A stretch of 64,000 nt of DNA, from NCBI RefSeq assembly GCF_020745735.1, contig NW_026867487.1, positions 4,481,239 through 4,545,238 of the forward strand. The letters run 5' to 3'. Below, piece by piece: positions 23,931 to 39,148 of the stretch (within the stretch, counting starts at the first letter, position 1; each line of letters starts with the position of its first letter). The position numbers were made by a program, and so were the translations under genes. Source of the DNA: Hemiscyllium ocellatum. Its lineage: Eukaryota. Below the pieces are notes generated by a model that saw only the letters and a list, made by a program, of their open reading frames with translations, searched no databases and had not been told where the DNA came from.

Positions 23931-24494
23931 GCCGCATGTTTGTGGGTCACAGCTGCTGTTGTTGCGGGCTGTTTGTAACAGTAGGTTACAGACTTAAGCT
24001 TCATCTTCCTGTGAAGGATATGTCCCAGAGGAGACATATCCTTCACAGCCTTTTAATTTTTAAATGTACTAATAATGCAGAACATTGGAAGGATGTTTAG
24101 ATATTTGCACTCACCAGGTAAGCCTGAATTAATAATTGAATAACAATAATTATTTCATTTTTCCTCTTGTCTATCCGGTGATTCTTTCCTGTTTCAGTTA
24201 TATATTCAGGAATGACTGGAAAAGAGTCAGGTCAGATATTTTTGGAGTCTAGTCTCTCACAAATCTTTTGAGGTATAAAATGGCATAAAATCCCGAATCA
24301 CATTTCAACTGAAGTTCAGAATACATCTTATGTAAGTGGAGCACAGGAACCCATTTCCAATGCAGCGAGTATATGGTCATTTCTCAATTCAGTTATTTTC
24401 CAGAAAACACATGGAAAGACCTGGTTTTTCTGCATTTTGCACCTCCCGTGCAACCCCTGATATCTATTCTGTTCACTTTGTCACATTACACGTA

Positions 24495-25340
24495 TGTTTT
24501 TGTTATCGACTCCAACTGGTTTGCATTACCATATCCCTTAGCTTGCAGTATTACACGACGTTGTTGGGACCCTCCAACGTCATGGCATCAATGTGGATTT
24601 CACCAGTTTCCTCATTTCCTCTCCCTCAACCTAACCCAGTTCCAAATGTCAAACTCGGCACTGCCCTCATGACATGTCCTACCCGTCCATCTTTATGCCC
24701 ACCTATCCACTCCATTCTCCCCTCTGGCCTATCACTGTCACCCCACCTCCACCCACCGATGCACACACATCTGCCTTCCACCTCCCCACACCCACCTCAC
24801 TCCCATTTATCCCACCACCCTCTCGGCTCACAGCGTCATTCCTGAAGAAGGGTTCTTGCCTGAAACGTCGATTTTTCCTGCTCCTTGGATGCTGCCTGGC
24901 CTGCTGTGTTTTTCAGCTTCCTCTACTCTAAACTCCAGCCTCTGCCATCCTACGTTCACCTACGCTGTCAGACAGCTCCGCTCACCAATAGTAAAGACCC
25001 CTCATATTTCGAAACATCCATCGATGCAGAAAATCGAGCACGAATGTAGTTTGCTGTAACAGCATTCCCATATTTAAAAATGTCGATGAAGAATATTGCA
25101 TCAGTTAGCCGACTCCTGACGGCACACTTCCAAGGACTTTTTTACTGAATGAATACTCACCACATATCGTTCGAACTGTGTCACTGTGACCAGCTCCTGC
25201 GATATCATATGTGCACAAGTAATATCTAAGGAAATATAGAAAGGAAATGATCAAAATAACGATGATGATCAAAGTTATGTAGTTAAAGCTTATATTGCAA
25301 GACCAAGAAACATCGCTGAACAGATGATTGTCATAACCAT
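24495..25340 (-). pseudogene. V pseudogene family D copy 2, split by the same Penelope-like insert (~24565-24962)
   Basis: Leader 25340-25304, exon from 25196. FR3 GNAVTANYIRARFSASMDVSKYEGS, then the insert, then V*YCKLR and RSS TATGGTA-23-ACAAAAACA. Confidence 0.82.
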
Positions 25341-26029
25341 GTTCCCTAGCAGTGATCGTATTACAACATTCGAACTTACCATTTAAAGGAGTTGCAGCAG
25401 AAGAAATAAGAAAAGCCAATACGTTTTTAGAGTGGATGGTGAATGGAACAAGGGATCGAAGCTGAATTGCTTCATTTCAGAATCAATGATGTGTCATGTC
25501 CAGTCTCCGTGCTTTAGTTCATTTCTGACACAGTCACCCAATCGCCTTTCAGCTCCATTGTACTCCAATTCTAGAGACCAACGTGTTGGTTATGTGTACC
25601 CCTAATGGGAGCTGGAGGAGTCAATTTAGACTGTCGAAATTTCCGCACCAGAAAATGAAGTTGTGGTTGACTAACCTCATGGCGAAAAGATTCCTCAAAT
25701 AACTCCTGTCATTTACGACTCACTAATCTATCGACATTGTCTGAAATATATTCAGTACAATGTCTGAAATATTTTCTGATGACAGAATTAAGTTTGAAAT
25801 GAGCATTAATTTGAATTTGTGTTTTTATATCGAGTAACTCTGGGTCACTCATGGGTAATATTTAGTGTTGTGGTACGAGTATTACGCTCTGTCATTAATT
25901 GTGCTGCTCACTGATCTGGAATAACCCACACAACAATTCTTTCAAAGAAATGTGCTGAAGTGACAGTGTGTGATAAGCTGTAATGAACAGACAACAATGG
26001 GTAGCAGCTGTCACCAAGAAAACTGGGGC

Positions 26030-26364
26030 ATTTCTTCTACGCGGATTTTACTCATTTCCAGCACTGAAATGCACAGTTAGAGATCACGTGGTCACTCTGC
26101 AGTAGCTCGGATATGATTAATAGGTACAACCCATCTGCTTGCTGGAAAGCATGAGCGCTTTAACCGGAGCGAAACCCGCCGTAACTTCAGCAGCACCGCT
26201 CGTGCGGCTCCAGAAAGCGACCTCAGGCTCTGTGACTGGTCACTGATCATGCAAAAACAAGGCATCAGCGTTACCAGTGTACGTGCAGTTCAAAGTGACA
26301 TCTTCTCCCTGTGTGTGTGTGAGCGAGGGCTCACTCTGATTGACATGAACTGCATAGATCAGGT
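26030..26364 (-). pseudogene. Inverted family-A-related V pseudogene copy 2
   Basis: Paralog of 4950-5282. RSS remnant TTCAGTG-23-AGAAGAAAT (26068-26030); leader donor and ATG are mutated. Confidence 0.78.
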
Positions 26365-29300
26365 CAGGAACAAGAGAGGAGGAAATGAAAATCCAGAAAT
26401 TAAATGATCAGTCGATTCAAGTTGAAGATGGAAGTTCATGGGTTCCAAACAACAATTAAACGGAGAAAACATCTCATTGGGACAATCCTGTCTGTGTCCG
26501 TGCGTACAATAACCACAAGCATCATAACTATTTCATCGCACATTCTACCTACGAATGAGTCCATCCTTTTCTCCCTCCTAAGGTTTTTCTTGTCTTCTTT
26601 TAAATTCATCTTTGTTGCTCTCTCCAAACACTCCTGGTGGTGATGACATACTCGTTCTACTTTTTCTCAGCTAAACAATGAATGGTGATAAACTGATTAA
26701 GCAAATTCGATACTGTTTTGTTACCATTGCTGGAATATGAGTCACGATTATTCAGTCACTTTGCTTGCATTACTTATTTGAATGCATAGCCATGATTGCA
26801 CTTGCTTACCAATTAACTGATGAATCGTGACTAATTTCAACTTCTTTTATTACTATGATTGAAATCTTAGTCAGGATTATTCAGACAATTTGTCGGGATT
26901 ACTTGCTTGAGAGCATAACAACGATGGTATATAATCCATAGCTAATTTGTTGAAATTACAGACACAATGACAGAGCTCCCGCTTGTGGTGATGAGAGAAA
27001 CATGACATGTCTCTGAAAAATTGCTGAGTTTTCAAATAATTGAAAGAGGCTAGTGTCTGGTTCCGAAAATTATTGTTATTATTATTAATAGTATTCGAAT
27101 TGTTATCATCATCTTCATCATCATCATCATTGTCATCATCATCATCGCTATCATCACCATTATCATTGTCATCATCATCATCATCATAATTATTATTATA
27201 CATTTTAATGCAGATGAACAATTGCTCGGAAAAATATCAACTTGTTTTGTTTTCCACCTTCTACTGTTTATTTATTTTCAATATCCCAAACGGATCCTTT
27301 CAACCAAAGTAGAACCGCAGTGGTCACCACAATTTCCACATGTTCACGCAAATCAAGGCAATAGATGTGATCCTAGTAGTTTTGTTCAATGTTATTCATT
27401 CCAGTTGAAACTTACCCAAGCACAGTGGGTTGTGACTTCTGTAGCAATTATAACAGCTCACATGATTTCACTTCTGCGTTGAAAAGTGGAGCATCAGTCG
27501 CCTGAATCTGCCGATCATCGATTTAAGAAAACGTGTCAGAGATTCCTGGGTAGAGGACAAAATAGAATTCCGCAGAAAGTTTCAGTTTCCATTGAACAGC
27601 AAGTTTGGTTAACCGCGAACTGCAGTTTGGAAGGACTGCAGATGCTGGCAGTCAGAGTCCATAAGATGTGGAGATGGGACGAGACAGCAGGTCAGACAGC
27701 ATCAGAGGAGCCGGAAAAACTACATTGCATTTCGGGACCCTTCATCTTGATTGATGAATTGTGGAAAATACGACGTGCATCCAGGATAAATGCTACTAGA
27801 AAATCGAACTAATGCTTTTATCAATCACTCAAGTGTGAGTCCCTAACTGAAGTACTTTCCCAGAAATATACCTGCGAGCTGCAAGTACGGGACCAAAATT
27901 GGCAAGCACCAGACCTGTTAGTTGTCATTGCATTTCGATGAAAAAAAATCTAGAAGCACAATTTGTGCTACTCGGAGAAAATCTCAAATTGTGGGTAGCA
28001 TGTCAGATTGCCGAGCATGGAGATGAAACGTCTAAGAGCAAATCTCTCTCTCTCTCTTCCTCCCTCCCTATGTCTTTCTCTCCCTCCCTCACTCAGCGAG
28101 CAAACCAACAACTTGATCCACAACCTGAGCTACAAATCTTCTGCAAACTCTTAATATCAAACATTGTTCAAGAACAATCTCAAGCAGTCTGATTCACAGG
28201 TTGTCTGTACCTTTGACGTTCGCAACTTCTTTGACAGATTTCCAAGAGAGACATGACCTTATTGAGAATCACAGTCACGAGCATTTTCCTGTTGTCATGT
28301 CGTAGTCATACAAATCTTTTTGGCACTATATTGTGGATGGAATGTACTTTATCTGATTTCAGAAGGATTCAGTGTGAGGTGCCATGTTCTCCCTGGAGAA
28401 AGGAAAGGTATACCTGTAAGTCACCTAAACAGGTAGCACAAAGTAGAGTTCCCACCCAAAAGTATTCAACAGAAATCGCAATGAACTGGCATCCATTACA
28501 TCCATTGACGCGAGTGCCATCTGTCCTGACACTGAACTCATGCTTATGCACCTTGAATAAAATTTTTTACGTCAAGTTGGAACGCCTAGGGTGTTTCAAG
28601 TTAAAAGCAATTTTCACAGATTAATTTTCGCTGTGACACTAATATGATCAGAATCAAGCCATTTGCTTTATTTTTCTAAGAAGGTTCGATGTCTCAGTGC
28701 ATCCCACATTGAGGACCAACGTTTTTGCTAATCCCCAAATCTGGGTTCCTGTTTTCTTTTATCTCGTGAACGAATTTACAAATGATTAGTTTCTCGTGCC
28801 TGGTTTGTGGGGTGAATCAACGCCCAATGGAATAGTGCAGTTTGAGAATGCAGCTCACCAACGTTTTCTTTAGGGGAAATATAGGTAGACAATAAGTGCT
28901 GCCATAGTTCGTGTTGTCTGTATCCCATGAATTATTTCTATAAATCATATTGGAAACATCTCAGAATTCTTGTGTAAAACAATCAAGACACAAAATCAAT
29001 CAAGCGTCAAGAGCACTGCTCTTTTGTTTTTAAAATAGTTCCAATTGAATTAAAATATCAAACAATCTAAATATGTCTCTGAAACTCAGCATAAGGCATA
29101 ACGTTGAAATTTTGTCGAATAGCACCGATTGTGCTTCGAGATCATGATCGAAATGCGTAGATCAGTAACACTGCTTTCTATTTTTGGCCCCATCCTTGCA
29201 GCTATCTGGATTCTGGGTCATGTATTGCAGTTACGTCTTAGCTCTTGACTGATTGGTAACTGTATTAGTTCGATTTCCCAGCAGCATAAATCCTTGATAG

Positions 29301-32300
29301 ACATCCCATTTTCAATATTTAATGATCTACATTTCACCCTTCAACAACGTTGTTTTCTTGTTAGCTGGCGTACTTTCTCCTCTTTCACGGAATAATTCAA
29401 AATTATTGACTTGTCATTTCAAACAAATATTTCTTCCAATTACTGACCAACTTCCTTTGCGTTAAGCGTATGGTTCTGTTCCTGGCGTCAATTGTATGTT
29501 TATATCTTGGCTTCAGCAATCATACACAATTCTTTTTTCATTAGGTTAAATACATTGGCCGTGCTAAATTGCTTGATAGTGTCCAGGGATGTGTTGGTTA
29601 GGTCGATTAGCCTGTGAAATTTACAGGGTTAGAGGGAGAGGGTAATTGGCTGTGTCAATGTGGGTTGCTCTTCGGAGTGTCGGTTTGCACTTCATGGGCC
29701 GAATGGCCTGCTTCCAAACTGTCAGAATTCTCCGATTCTATTAAATTGCCAGTATAATTTCTCGATGATTATGTCAAAACATCTTCTGATGGCAAATACC
29801 TCTCCACCTTCTGTATTATATCGGTACCTGATTTATTCCGGTCTTCTCGTGTTGTCAACATTTATCTGATATGAAGTTGACAATGACACTGTGAATCATT
29901 TATCTAACTGCTATAACGTTGTACGTAAAATCACATTGCATTATGTATAATTCATTAATGCCAAGAAATTACCGCACAATCCTGATCTGAAATGATGGTA
30001 CGTTATATATTTGACATTCCCATTCATACTCTGAGTGAATTCATGCACTGTTTTGGAAGATTTACACATGTCTTGATGCAATTTTCGAACGGTTCTAATC
30101 GTGAATTAGCAATGCCTAACGTTGTCAAAATGTAAATCTATTGCATTGTTTCACAGCGCTTCTGTGAAATGCATTTACTGATTAGTGATGGTTTTGTGAC
30201 GATGATTGCAAACAAATCATTATCTATTTGTGAATGTGAATTTGTCATGTGATTAATTACGACAGTCACTGAAAATTTCCCAGAGCAGATATCCTGACTG
30301 GAAGCTTAAAATCATATAATTCCCAACTGAATGTAATAAATATATTTACTGACGGAATATTTCTGAAGCAAGATGCTGGCAAGTGGCAAGCACTGTTAAC
30401 TTGGCCATTTCAAAAATGTCCATTATTTTCTCTACATTAGAGAGCACAGTGCTTCTGTTGTCAACATCTGACATTAAGTTTCAACGCAACATTTTTGTTC
30501 CAACTTTGCTACTAAAATGGTTCTAAATTGAGTACAGCACAATGCAGAATTTCTCTCTGCAAACACCCAACAACATGATGGATTTCGACCGTAAGAAGGG
30601 ATGACACTTTTCCACAATTGAAGAAAGGCCTCGTTGTATTAGTGGCAATTCAGGCGAGGTTCACTCAGTTGATTCTAGACATGATGGGGTTGTCTTATGA
30701 AGAAAGATTGCTTCTAAAATGTACTGGAATACTCCCACTTACCTGTACGAGTGCAGCCAAACAACACATGTGATGTTGGACACCATCCAGGACAAAGGAC
30801 AACTATTGATTGTCAGGACGTCTGCAAGTATCCATTCCCTTCAGCGCCGGTGCTGAGAAGCAATAGTATGCATTATCTACAAGATGCAGTGCAGAAATTT
30901 GTCTTAGACATATTCTTAGACAGCACCTTCCAAATCCACGACCACGTGTGTTAAGAAGGGAAAGGACAGCAGATAATTGGATTACCAACACCCAAAAGTT
31001 CCCATCTGAGTCATTCCCCATCCTGAATTGAAAACATATCGCAGTTCCTTCATTGTCGCTTGGTGACAGCGTGAAAGTCCTTCGCTAGCGGCATTGTTGG
31101 TCTACCTACTGCACGAGCATTGCCTAAGAAGGCCACCTTCACTCACTCCTTCTGGAGGACAACCTTTTTGGATTGGCAATGAATTACCTTCAATGAAAAC
31201 ACATCCCTCCTCAGATAAGGACCAAACACTCAATGTTCTAGCTGTGGTCTCGCTGATGCCTTGCATCGTTGAAGAAATGTTTTGTAGTTGTTGCGACAGA
31301 TGGGCTGCTCAATGGCAAATGGAATTCAATTTGGATAAGTTTGCGGTTGTGCTCTTTGGTACGACCAACAAGGCAAGGGAATCAATAATAAATGGTAATA
31401 TCCCATGAAAGTACCTTGGATCAGGGGAATCTCAGTGTGCATGTGCACCGAGACCTAAGGGAATGGTGAAGAATGCAAATGGGATTCATAGCTTTGTGAG
31501 TCATGGTGAAATTATGAAAGACATAGATCGGGTATAGAGAGACGAACTTCCAACTTGGTGAAAAGATCAGTGGCCGCGAGCATAAGTCTAAAGTGAAACA
31601 CAACTGGTTTAGAGGGATGTGAGGAAATGAATTTTCATCGACAGGATGGGGGAGAATCTAGAATTAACTGCCTTTAATGGAATTAGAGGCAGGCACACCC
31701 ATTTAGATGTGCTCTTGATGCACCGAGGTACACATGCGAGAAGTTAGTTTTTCTGACCAGCGTTTATTCGATTGGATAAAATTATTTTTAATTAGAGAAA
31801 GAAAAAAACGAAAGTAGAGGTTTAAAACAAGGATCATCATCCCTCAAGCGAGGTGAGAGTTTAAGAAGGCGACTCATTCGTGCTAACCTAAGCTGGTCTA
31901 CGAATTGAACTCACACGTATGTCATAAATTTGCATTGCATACCTGCCAACCAGCCAGCTGAACGCAGCAATCCCCCGAGAATAAGAGCACTACATTAATT
32001 TATTGAATTCAATGCGTTTTCAAGGAATATGGTCAACGAAATGAAGAAGGGACGTTTATAGAAATGGCACGTTGTGAGAAGATACGAAATGAAGCATGAC
32101 TTCTTGCATTTCTGTATAATCCTGTGTGGTTCATGCTGGATCATCAAACATTTGTAGTTATTTTATTTTTGTATATTTATTTGGAAGCAAAGAACTTGAA
32201 AATTGCGTGAAAAAAGAAAGATCAGCAGATGTATGGTATTCAGTGACCAGGATCTGATATAGATTTTCCACTGTACAATTAATCTTGCAGCATTTCTTAA

Positions 32301-32408
32301 TAAAGCACACAATTTACGCTTTTGGAAGGTTGAGCCCACAGATGATTGCCAATAATGCTGCTTATATCCATACTGTCAAGAAGGACGAGTGTTAATCTCG
32401 GCGTGTGT

Positions 32409-32681
32409 NNNNNNNNNNNNNNNNNNNNNNNNNNNNNNNNNNNNNNNNNNNNNNNNNNNNNNNNNNNNNNNNNNNNNNNNNNNNNNNNNNNNNNNNNNNN
32501 NNNNNNNNNNNNNNNNNNNNNNNNNNNNNNNNNNNNNNNNNNNNNNNNNNNNNNNNNNNNNNNNNNNNNNNNNNNNNNNNNNNNNNNNNNNNNNNNNNNN
32601 NNNNNNNNNNNNNNNNNNNNNNNNNNNNNNNNNNNNNNNNNNNNNNNNNNNNNNNNNNNNNNNNNNNNNNNNNNNNNNNNN
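32409..32681. other. Assembly gap (N run), homologous position to 11220-11436
   Basis: N run after CTCGGCGTGTGT, followed by a GA-rich tract. Confidence 0.99.
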
Positions 32682-35600
32682 AAGAGAGAAAAAATAGAGA
32701 GCGAGAAAGACAGAGAGAAAGAAAGAAATAAAGAAAGAAAGAAGTTTAAAATGATACCTAAAAGTTGAAAATATCAGGAAAAAACATGAAGATATCTCTT
32801 CTTGTTCCTTTCTTTTACGAAATAGTGGCATTGCGATATCATAATTCTCTTTAAGGCATTGACACAAATAACAAACTTGTTATTTCTGGTTCTAGAGAGC
32901 GAGTGCTGCGATGTACCAATCTGAAATAAGCATTGAACAGTCTGCTTTACTGTCAAGTGAGGGCATTTCAGCATCTTCAACTTCTCTCCAAACTTTTTTC
33001 TTGGTTATTGCATAGATGAAAACATTATTGCAGGAACACAGAAACTGCAGCATGTTTTTTTTGTTTCTTGAACGTTGGACTGAGTGTCATTGAAATCCAA
33101 ACTGGTGACATATCCATGACTTGCAAACTGGTTGTGCAGTAAGTACACAACATAGGTGGCCTGCAAGAGGAGAAAGGTGATCAATATAGTGAAGAGAAGA
33201 ACAATGGAATTCTTGCAATCAGCCATCTCCTGATCCTTACGATTCTCAGAGCCCCGGAGCTTTTGGCGGGCTCTGCTGGCCTCTATGATATGACTTGCAG
33301 TCAGGACATTGAGCAAAGAAATGAGGAAGAAAGGGAGATGGGGACTAGGATGTGATCCAGCCAGTCATCTGCCTGCCAGATGAGCGTAGTGTAGAAACTG
33401 GATTTGATCACACAGAACTGCAGAACCCTGTCCACAGTGCACAAATGTTTGAAGACGATGTAGAAAGGAACATTCTTGGTGCATCTCAAGAAGCAGACCA
33501 TTCCATCAACGAGCGATCAGGTTTCTCTGTGCAGTATCAGGTCTTGAGGCTTTGGCAGCAGATGGGCACAAAATGGCAAATGGTAAAGACAACAGTCAGC
33601 CAGACCTAGCCATCCCTCATTAAATAGTCCTGCACAAAGGTGTTGTGGAGAGTACACTGCTCCGAAAATAAATGCTTCCAATCCGGGTTAGGTGTTAAAC
33701 ACTGATGTTACGAAACACATCAGTTGTCCCTATTGCCACGAGGTGGTAGGCGACGCACCGGGAGAGACCATAATGACACAGGCTTAGATTATGATCACCA
33801 CGAAACTACCTGCAAAGGGGCAGAAGGGATAGATACGATGTAAATGATTCCAAATCCCAACTACTGTTTCCTTTGCTTCATTTTGGAAGTCCCTTCAACT
33901 GTTCCTTTCCCATCTATTCATTACTGCTCTAAATCCCTTGGTAATTGATGGTATCGAATAGTGGATTATTCGTTTGTGAATACCTAATACATTTCAATCA
34001 ACCTCTCTTAACAATATACTCTCCAGTGTGACAGTAGTCTACTCTCATACAAGCCCTACATATAGAAACAGTCCATTCTGCCCGCTAAGTCCACACCTGA
34101 AAAACGCTTCCCATCCACTCATACCACACAAATCTATCCCTGTAACCCTGCGTTTCCCATGGTTAATCCATCTTGGCTACACACTGCTGAGCACTATGGT
34201 CAATTTAGCATGGCCAATCTGCTCCTAATCTGCACATCGTTGATATGTGGTAGGAAAACGAGAGCATAGTGTAAGCCATGCAATCACGAGGAGAATGTGC
34301 AAACTCCACACAGACAGTCGCCCAAGAATGGGTTTGAACCTGGGCCGCTGGTGCTGCCAAGTAGCAGTGCTAAACATTGAGCCATCATGCTGCCTTGAAG
34401 GGACACTTGTTCTGTGTCATTTCTCTTAGAGACTGGTGTTGTCACAATGTGCTAGAATGGCTGTTTCAGAGGCAGTGGGTTAGTAACTTGGAATTTCTTG
34501 AGCGTTTCTTTATTGAATGAGATGAAGGAAATATGAGTGGCTGAAGTCAGGCTGACGCAGCCCTACGATTTTAGTTTTGCTTTCAGTTGGGAATTGGAGT
34601 TGGCTGTTAGAGCTGATTGATAGAGTTCTCTCTCTCTCTCGCTCTCTCTCACTCACTCTCTCTCTCTCTCTCTCTCGTGTTCTCTTTATGCTAGTAGATT
34701 CAGTATTACTTTCTCCTGGACTGGAGAGAGCACGTGAGGAAAGTGTGTTCTGCTGTTTTGCCTTAGCCTAGTTTGCATTTATGGGAAACTGCTGTACACG
34801 ACCGGTTGATGACTACTGCTGAAATAATAAATCATTTTATTAAGTTTCTCCATAGTGTTAAAGCTATGCCAATTCTCCCTTTTCTTTTTCACTCTTGCTG
34901 TGTAGTTTGAATAAAGGATGCTTTGCTTAAAGCCTTGTGGTGGAGAAATTAAATTGCATCTGGAACACAACGTCTTGCAGTTGCTTTTGCTTAAAGAAAA
35001 ATTAATTGCGATGCTATTATCTTAAAATAATTTGAGGGTGTTTGGCACGCTCCACAGCACTAGTCACTGAGTCCATCCTCCACACTTTCAGTTTATATCA
35101 ACTGGAGCATTTCTTGACCAACTCCTTATTTATCGATTATTCCACTAACACTTTGTCCGGACCATCTCGTTTTCTGATAACGTTTCAGTTTACAAAAACA
35201 TTTACTCTTAGAATTGTCCAAATAGATCCATAGTTTTGGCACCTACACAAAGCCCAGGGATCAGAGTGAACAACCAGTTATGTCCCTCTGTATAGCTCTG
35301 ATACGAATCATTCTATCAGCTCTGTTGTTTTGTGTTTTGCTGTTTGCCACATGAACAATACCAATGATTACAATGAACCTTAATGTCTTCATTTATTCAC
35401 ACGTCTTCACCACGTTCTTTCTGATCTAACACATCGATCAAACGTTTGTTCATCTGCCTTGATATTTCTTTCTTCCATCTGGTATCAAATAGTCTGACCA
35501 TATACCCTGTACAAGCTGAGGAAACAAATGTGACTCGCACATTTCTAACTGCTAAATAGGAATGAGCAAACAATTGAATTGCCGGTAGATACCACATAGC

Positions 35601-38600
35601 ACTCAAAATTAAAAACTACTATCAGCAAATGTAAAATCCAAATGTAAAAGACCTATCATCACAGAACACAATATAAAACTGATTTAAAATATCGCACCTT
35701 CATTGAATTTCTTCAAACGTTTCCGTTATTAATTCTGAAGATCACATTAACAACAAGGGCTGCTCTGCTGCAACAATTACATTCATCTTAATGTCTCACT
35801 CTAGATTTCTATTATCACTACATGTATTTTATACTCTAACACAGCAATATTAATAAAAGAGCTAAATAATTCATTTTGCAAAATAATTTCACAATCAGTG
35901 CTTGAAAATTCCATTTTACTACATTGTCATATGTAGTGATGATAAGCACTACAAAAACACAAGAATATTTTAATATGTTAGAGTAAAGCTTAATGATCAG
36001 TAACATGACAAATTAAAATTCACTATATTACAATACGTATTTTATCAACGTAAAAACGTGCAGTATGGTAAGTTTGTAACTTTTTTAATACTCCATGATG
36101 AAAGTGCAAAGATTGCACTCTAATCCAGCAAATCCTGCATAATGTGGCATTATCAATTTCATAATATTGCAATACATGTAAAGTTCATTATGCTCAGACA
36201 CCTCTGATTATTCACAATATTCAGCCCATTCTGCAAGGGAAGATACAAAATATCTGAAGGTTAGAAAAGCTAGATAACTTACTTGGGATCCGTGACTTAC
36301 CAGGCGCACCAATAGCAGGGAGAATCGGAGAGCAAACAGCGAAGACTTGGCCATCCTTTGGAAAAAACAAGGAATTACTAATGCTATAGAAATTAACTTA
36401 GAGAACCTGTCAAATCCACCTTTACTTATTCCGAGTCAGATCCCCCAGAGGTAGAAATGAGTATCTTCGATGCAGTTCACTGAACAAACAGATTAATTCA
36501 TGGGTTTATGACATCTGTTTGCAATTTCAAGTATGCAATGATTCCATTATGGACTTGTTTCCATTGGATAATTATTGCTACATGAGAGACCCAGCCTAAA
36601 GTGTATTAAAATACAATTCTTCCTTCAATCCACATTTAAGACAACTGATGAACAATCAATATTCATCTCACCACATAGGATCTTGAGGGAAGATAGCGAA
36701 CTATGCTCCCTCTGTTGTGTGCTCTTAGAACTGTTCATGTGGCTGTGGGTGATGGAGTGAGACTTTCTGATTGTATTCGCTATTCAGTCTGCAATTCCAC
36801 TTTATGGGAGCCGCATGTTGTGAAACTTTGGACCTCATATGCCGAGCACTAACAACAATTTCTATTATTAATCAACCCTATTTCACTCTGCAATAACTAG
36901 GGGCAATACAATAGTATTTTGTATCCGCCATTGGACTGTGGAATGAGAATGAAAGTTACTGGAGTAGTTCAGGAGGAATTTGGGAAGTACAGCGGCACAG
37001 ATAATTTTCTGGTGTTCGTTGCTTTCCCATATTCGTCCTGAACTCACAGACAGATACAAGCAAAAGACATGTAAACATGAATCCTAAAAAAAATAGCCAC
37101 CGCGGAGAAGGCCAAAAATGGCACAAACCATCATAACAGACCGGCTCAGATAAATAATAAGTGGTGTAGAATAATAACCCTTCATCGGAAGGTGCACTTG
37201 ACGGTGTCACCCAGCCGGGTAATGAAATGTCTGCATACAAACCAATCAGCTCAGGGGGCAAAGCAACAATCGCATCCATAACCTGAGCTACAAACCATCG
37301 CAAAAAGATATAGTCCTTCAAGTAAAGTTGACCGTTTCATCTTGAGCTCTGTACTTGTCCCTTTAAGAAAGTTATTCATGACTCCTGCTGGAGCTACATT
37401 GTTTCTTATTATTGTTGTGATAATATCATCTTGTGCATTTTACCTGCAAGCTTGAGAGTGAGTTTTGTTCAGAACCTTGTCATCCTTGAATTAGCGTCGG
37501 GCTCATGGCACTTAAAAGAATGATAGAGTCAGAGACGAGGGCCTTGTAGATCTTTAACTGGGCAATCTTCACAGTTGTATTAAATGTCACAGAGAATAAC
37601 TCATGAAAGTTACGATAAAAAGCAGAAGAACTGTGGAACTTGAAAAACTCAATAGTTCACAGTGACGGATGCAATAATCGAAAAAGTACTTGATAACAGG
37701 AAGGGTAGTTATGTGAGAGCCAGAACAGCAAGCGGAAACTGTAGACGGCGCGGCAGCACACCTGGGTCTGAGTGAACTCCCGGTTCCCTGTGAAAATTGA
37801 AATTGCACAGCGTTGCTGGGTTTCATTGTTAACTGATAGATGGTGAGAGTTCTGTGACCATCTTACTCTCTCAGTAACACAGTATCTGAGGTATAAATGG
37901 GAAGAGTTGAGAGGACGCACAAAGGATGATTTATCATGTAAAACGAGGGTATTGGATCATTGTGCTTGTCCCTGTTCTTTGAAGGGGACATGCAATTAGT
38001 TTCAATTCCTTCGTTCTTTTCACATTCTTCACTTTTCAAGTTTAATCCCTGTCCGAGTCTTTTAACACCACTCTGAAAGTTAACATCTAAACTGCTACCA
38101 CCGTCCTCTCACTTAGTGAATTATAAATTAGAAGACAGTACAATTTGTCAAAAAGCTTACTGTTTTTTTTTCAATTAATCAATCCTGATCTCGTTCATCA
38201 TGCCATCAGACCTCTTGCTAATCAAGCCGATATGGCATGCTCTATTCTATCAAAGCCCCTGGTAACTTTGAGATGCTCAGTGAAATTACCCTTAACCTTA
38301 CATCGATACGGGCAATCAAATCTTGTCTTACGTGAAACCCAACATAACAGTCTCCTTTTATGCTCAAGTAGTCTCTCATAGTCTGTAAACCTGGGTTCCA
38401 CACAATCATACTCCTTCTTAGGCAGAAATCAAGGTCTATCACCCCATTTCAAGCATGCACTCCTTACATTCCCAGTCCCCCGTCCGTCACACTCACTGGC
38501 TTCCTTTGTCTGGCTTCACTGCTACAGCTACTATCTGCAGGCTGCAAATGAAACCAATGAGTCTGCTTTGGGTTTAGGGGACGTCAGCACTTCTTTGTGA

Positions 38601-39148
38601 ATTCGCCCTGCCCAATTCCAGCGGTTTTGTTCATGATCACACAGTGGAGAGTAGCTGAATTCCCATCAGTGGGGAACCTCTTATTTATCGTCTTCTCCTC
38701 CACATTCTCTGATTTGAACTGTCCTCAGATCGCTGTCTCGCGTTTTGAGTTCTTCATCCGAGGTCTGTTTCGTCCTTCAGCTTTTCTATCTTGTTGCCTT
38801 TTATAGACGCCATAATACGTAATTAATTATTTTTACCTGTAACGTTTCCGTATCCAGTGCCTATGTATTAAAAAGATATTTGTCAAAGCTTATCTAATCT
38901 CAAATGGAAACCCAGTGATGTTGGAATCGGAAGTTGTTGTGGTGAGAACCATGAATAACTGAAGTCACTGAGCTTCTCTCAATATTACCGCTCTTAATCC
39001 ATAATTTGACTCCGAATGTGTCACGATATATCTTTTCCTTTTTATACTACATATAAAACAATTCATTGAGCATCCAGTAACTCATAGATTATGTGTTTTA
39101 TTGAATATACTTATTCAGATTTTTGATACTTTTTATATTTTTGTTCAG

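Noticed and set aside
36956-37321. 121-aa hydrophobic minus-strand ORF
   Set aside because: Overlaps a dispersed repeat terminus, and the paralog (15704-15943) has different frames and stops; no recognisable domain.
38615-38680. Isolated CACAGTG with nearby GGTTTTGT as a D segment
   Set aside because: Spacer lengths are neither 12 nor 23 and no paired RSS exists.
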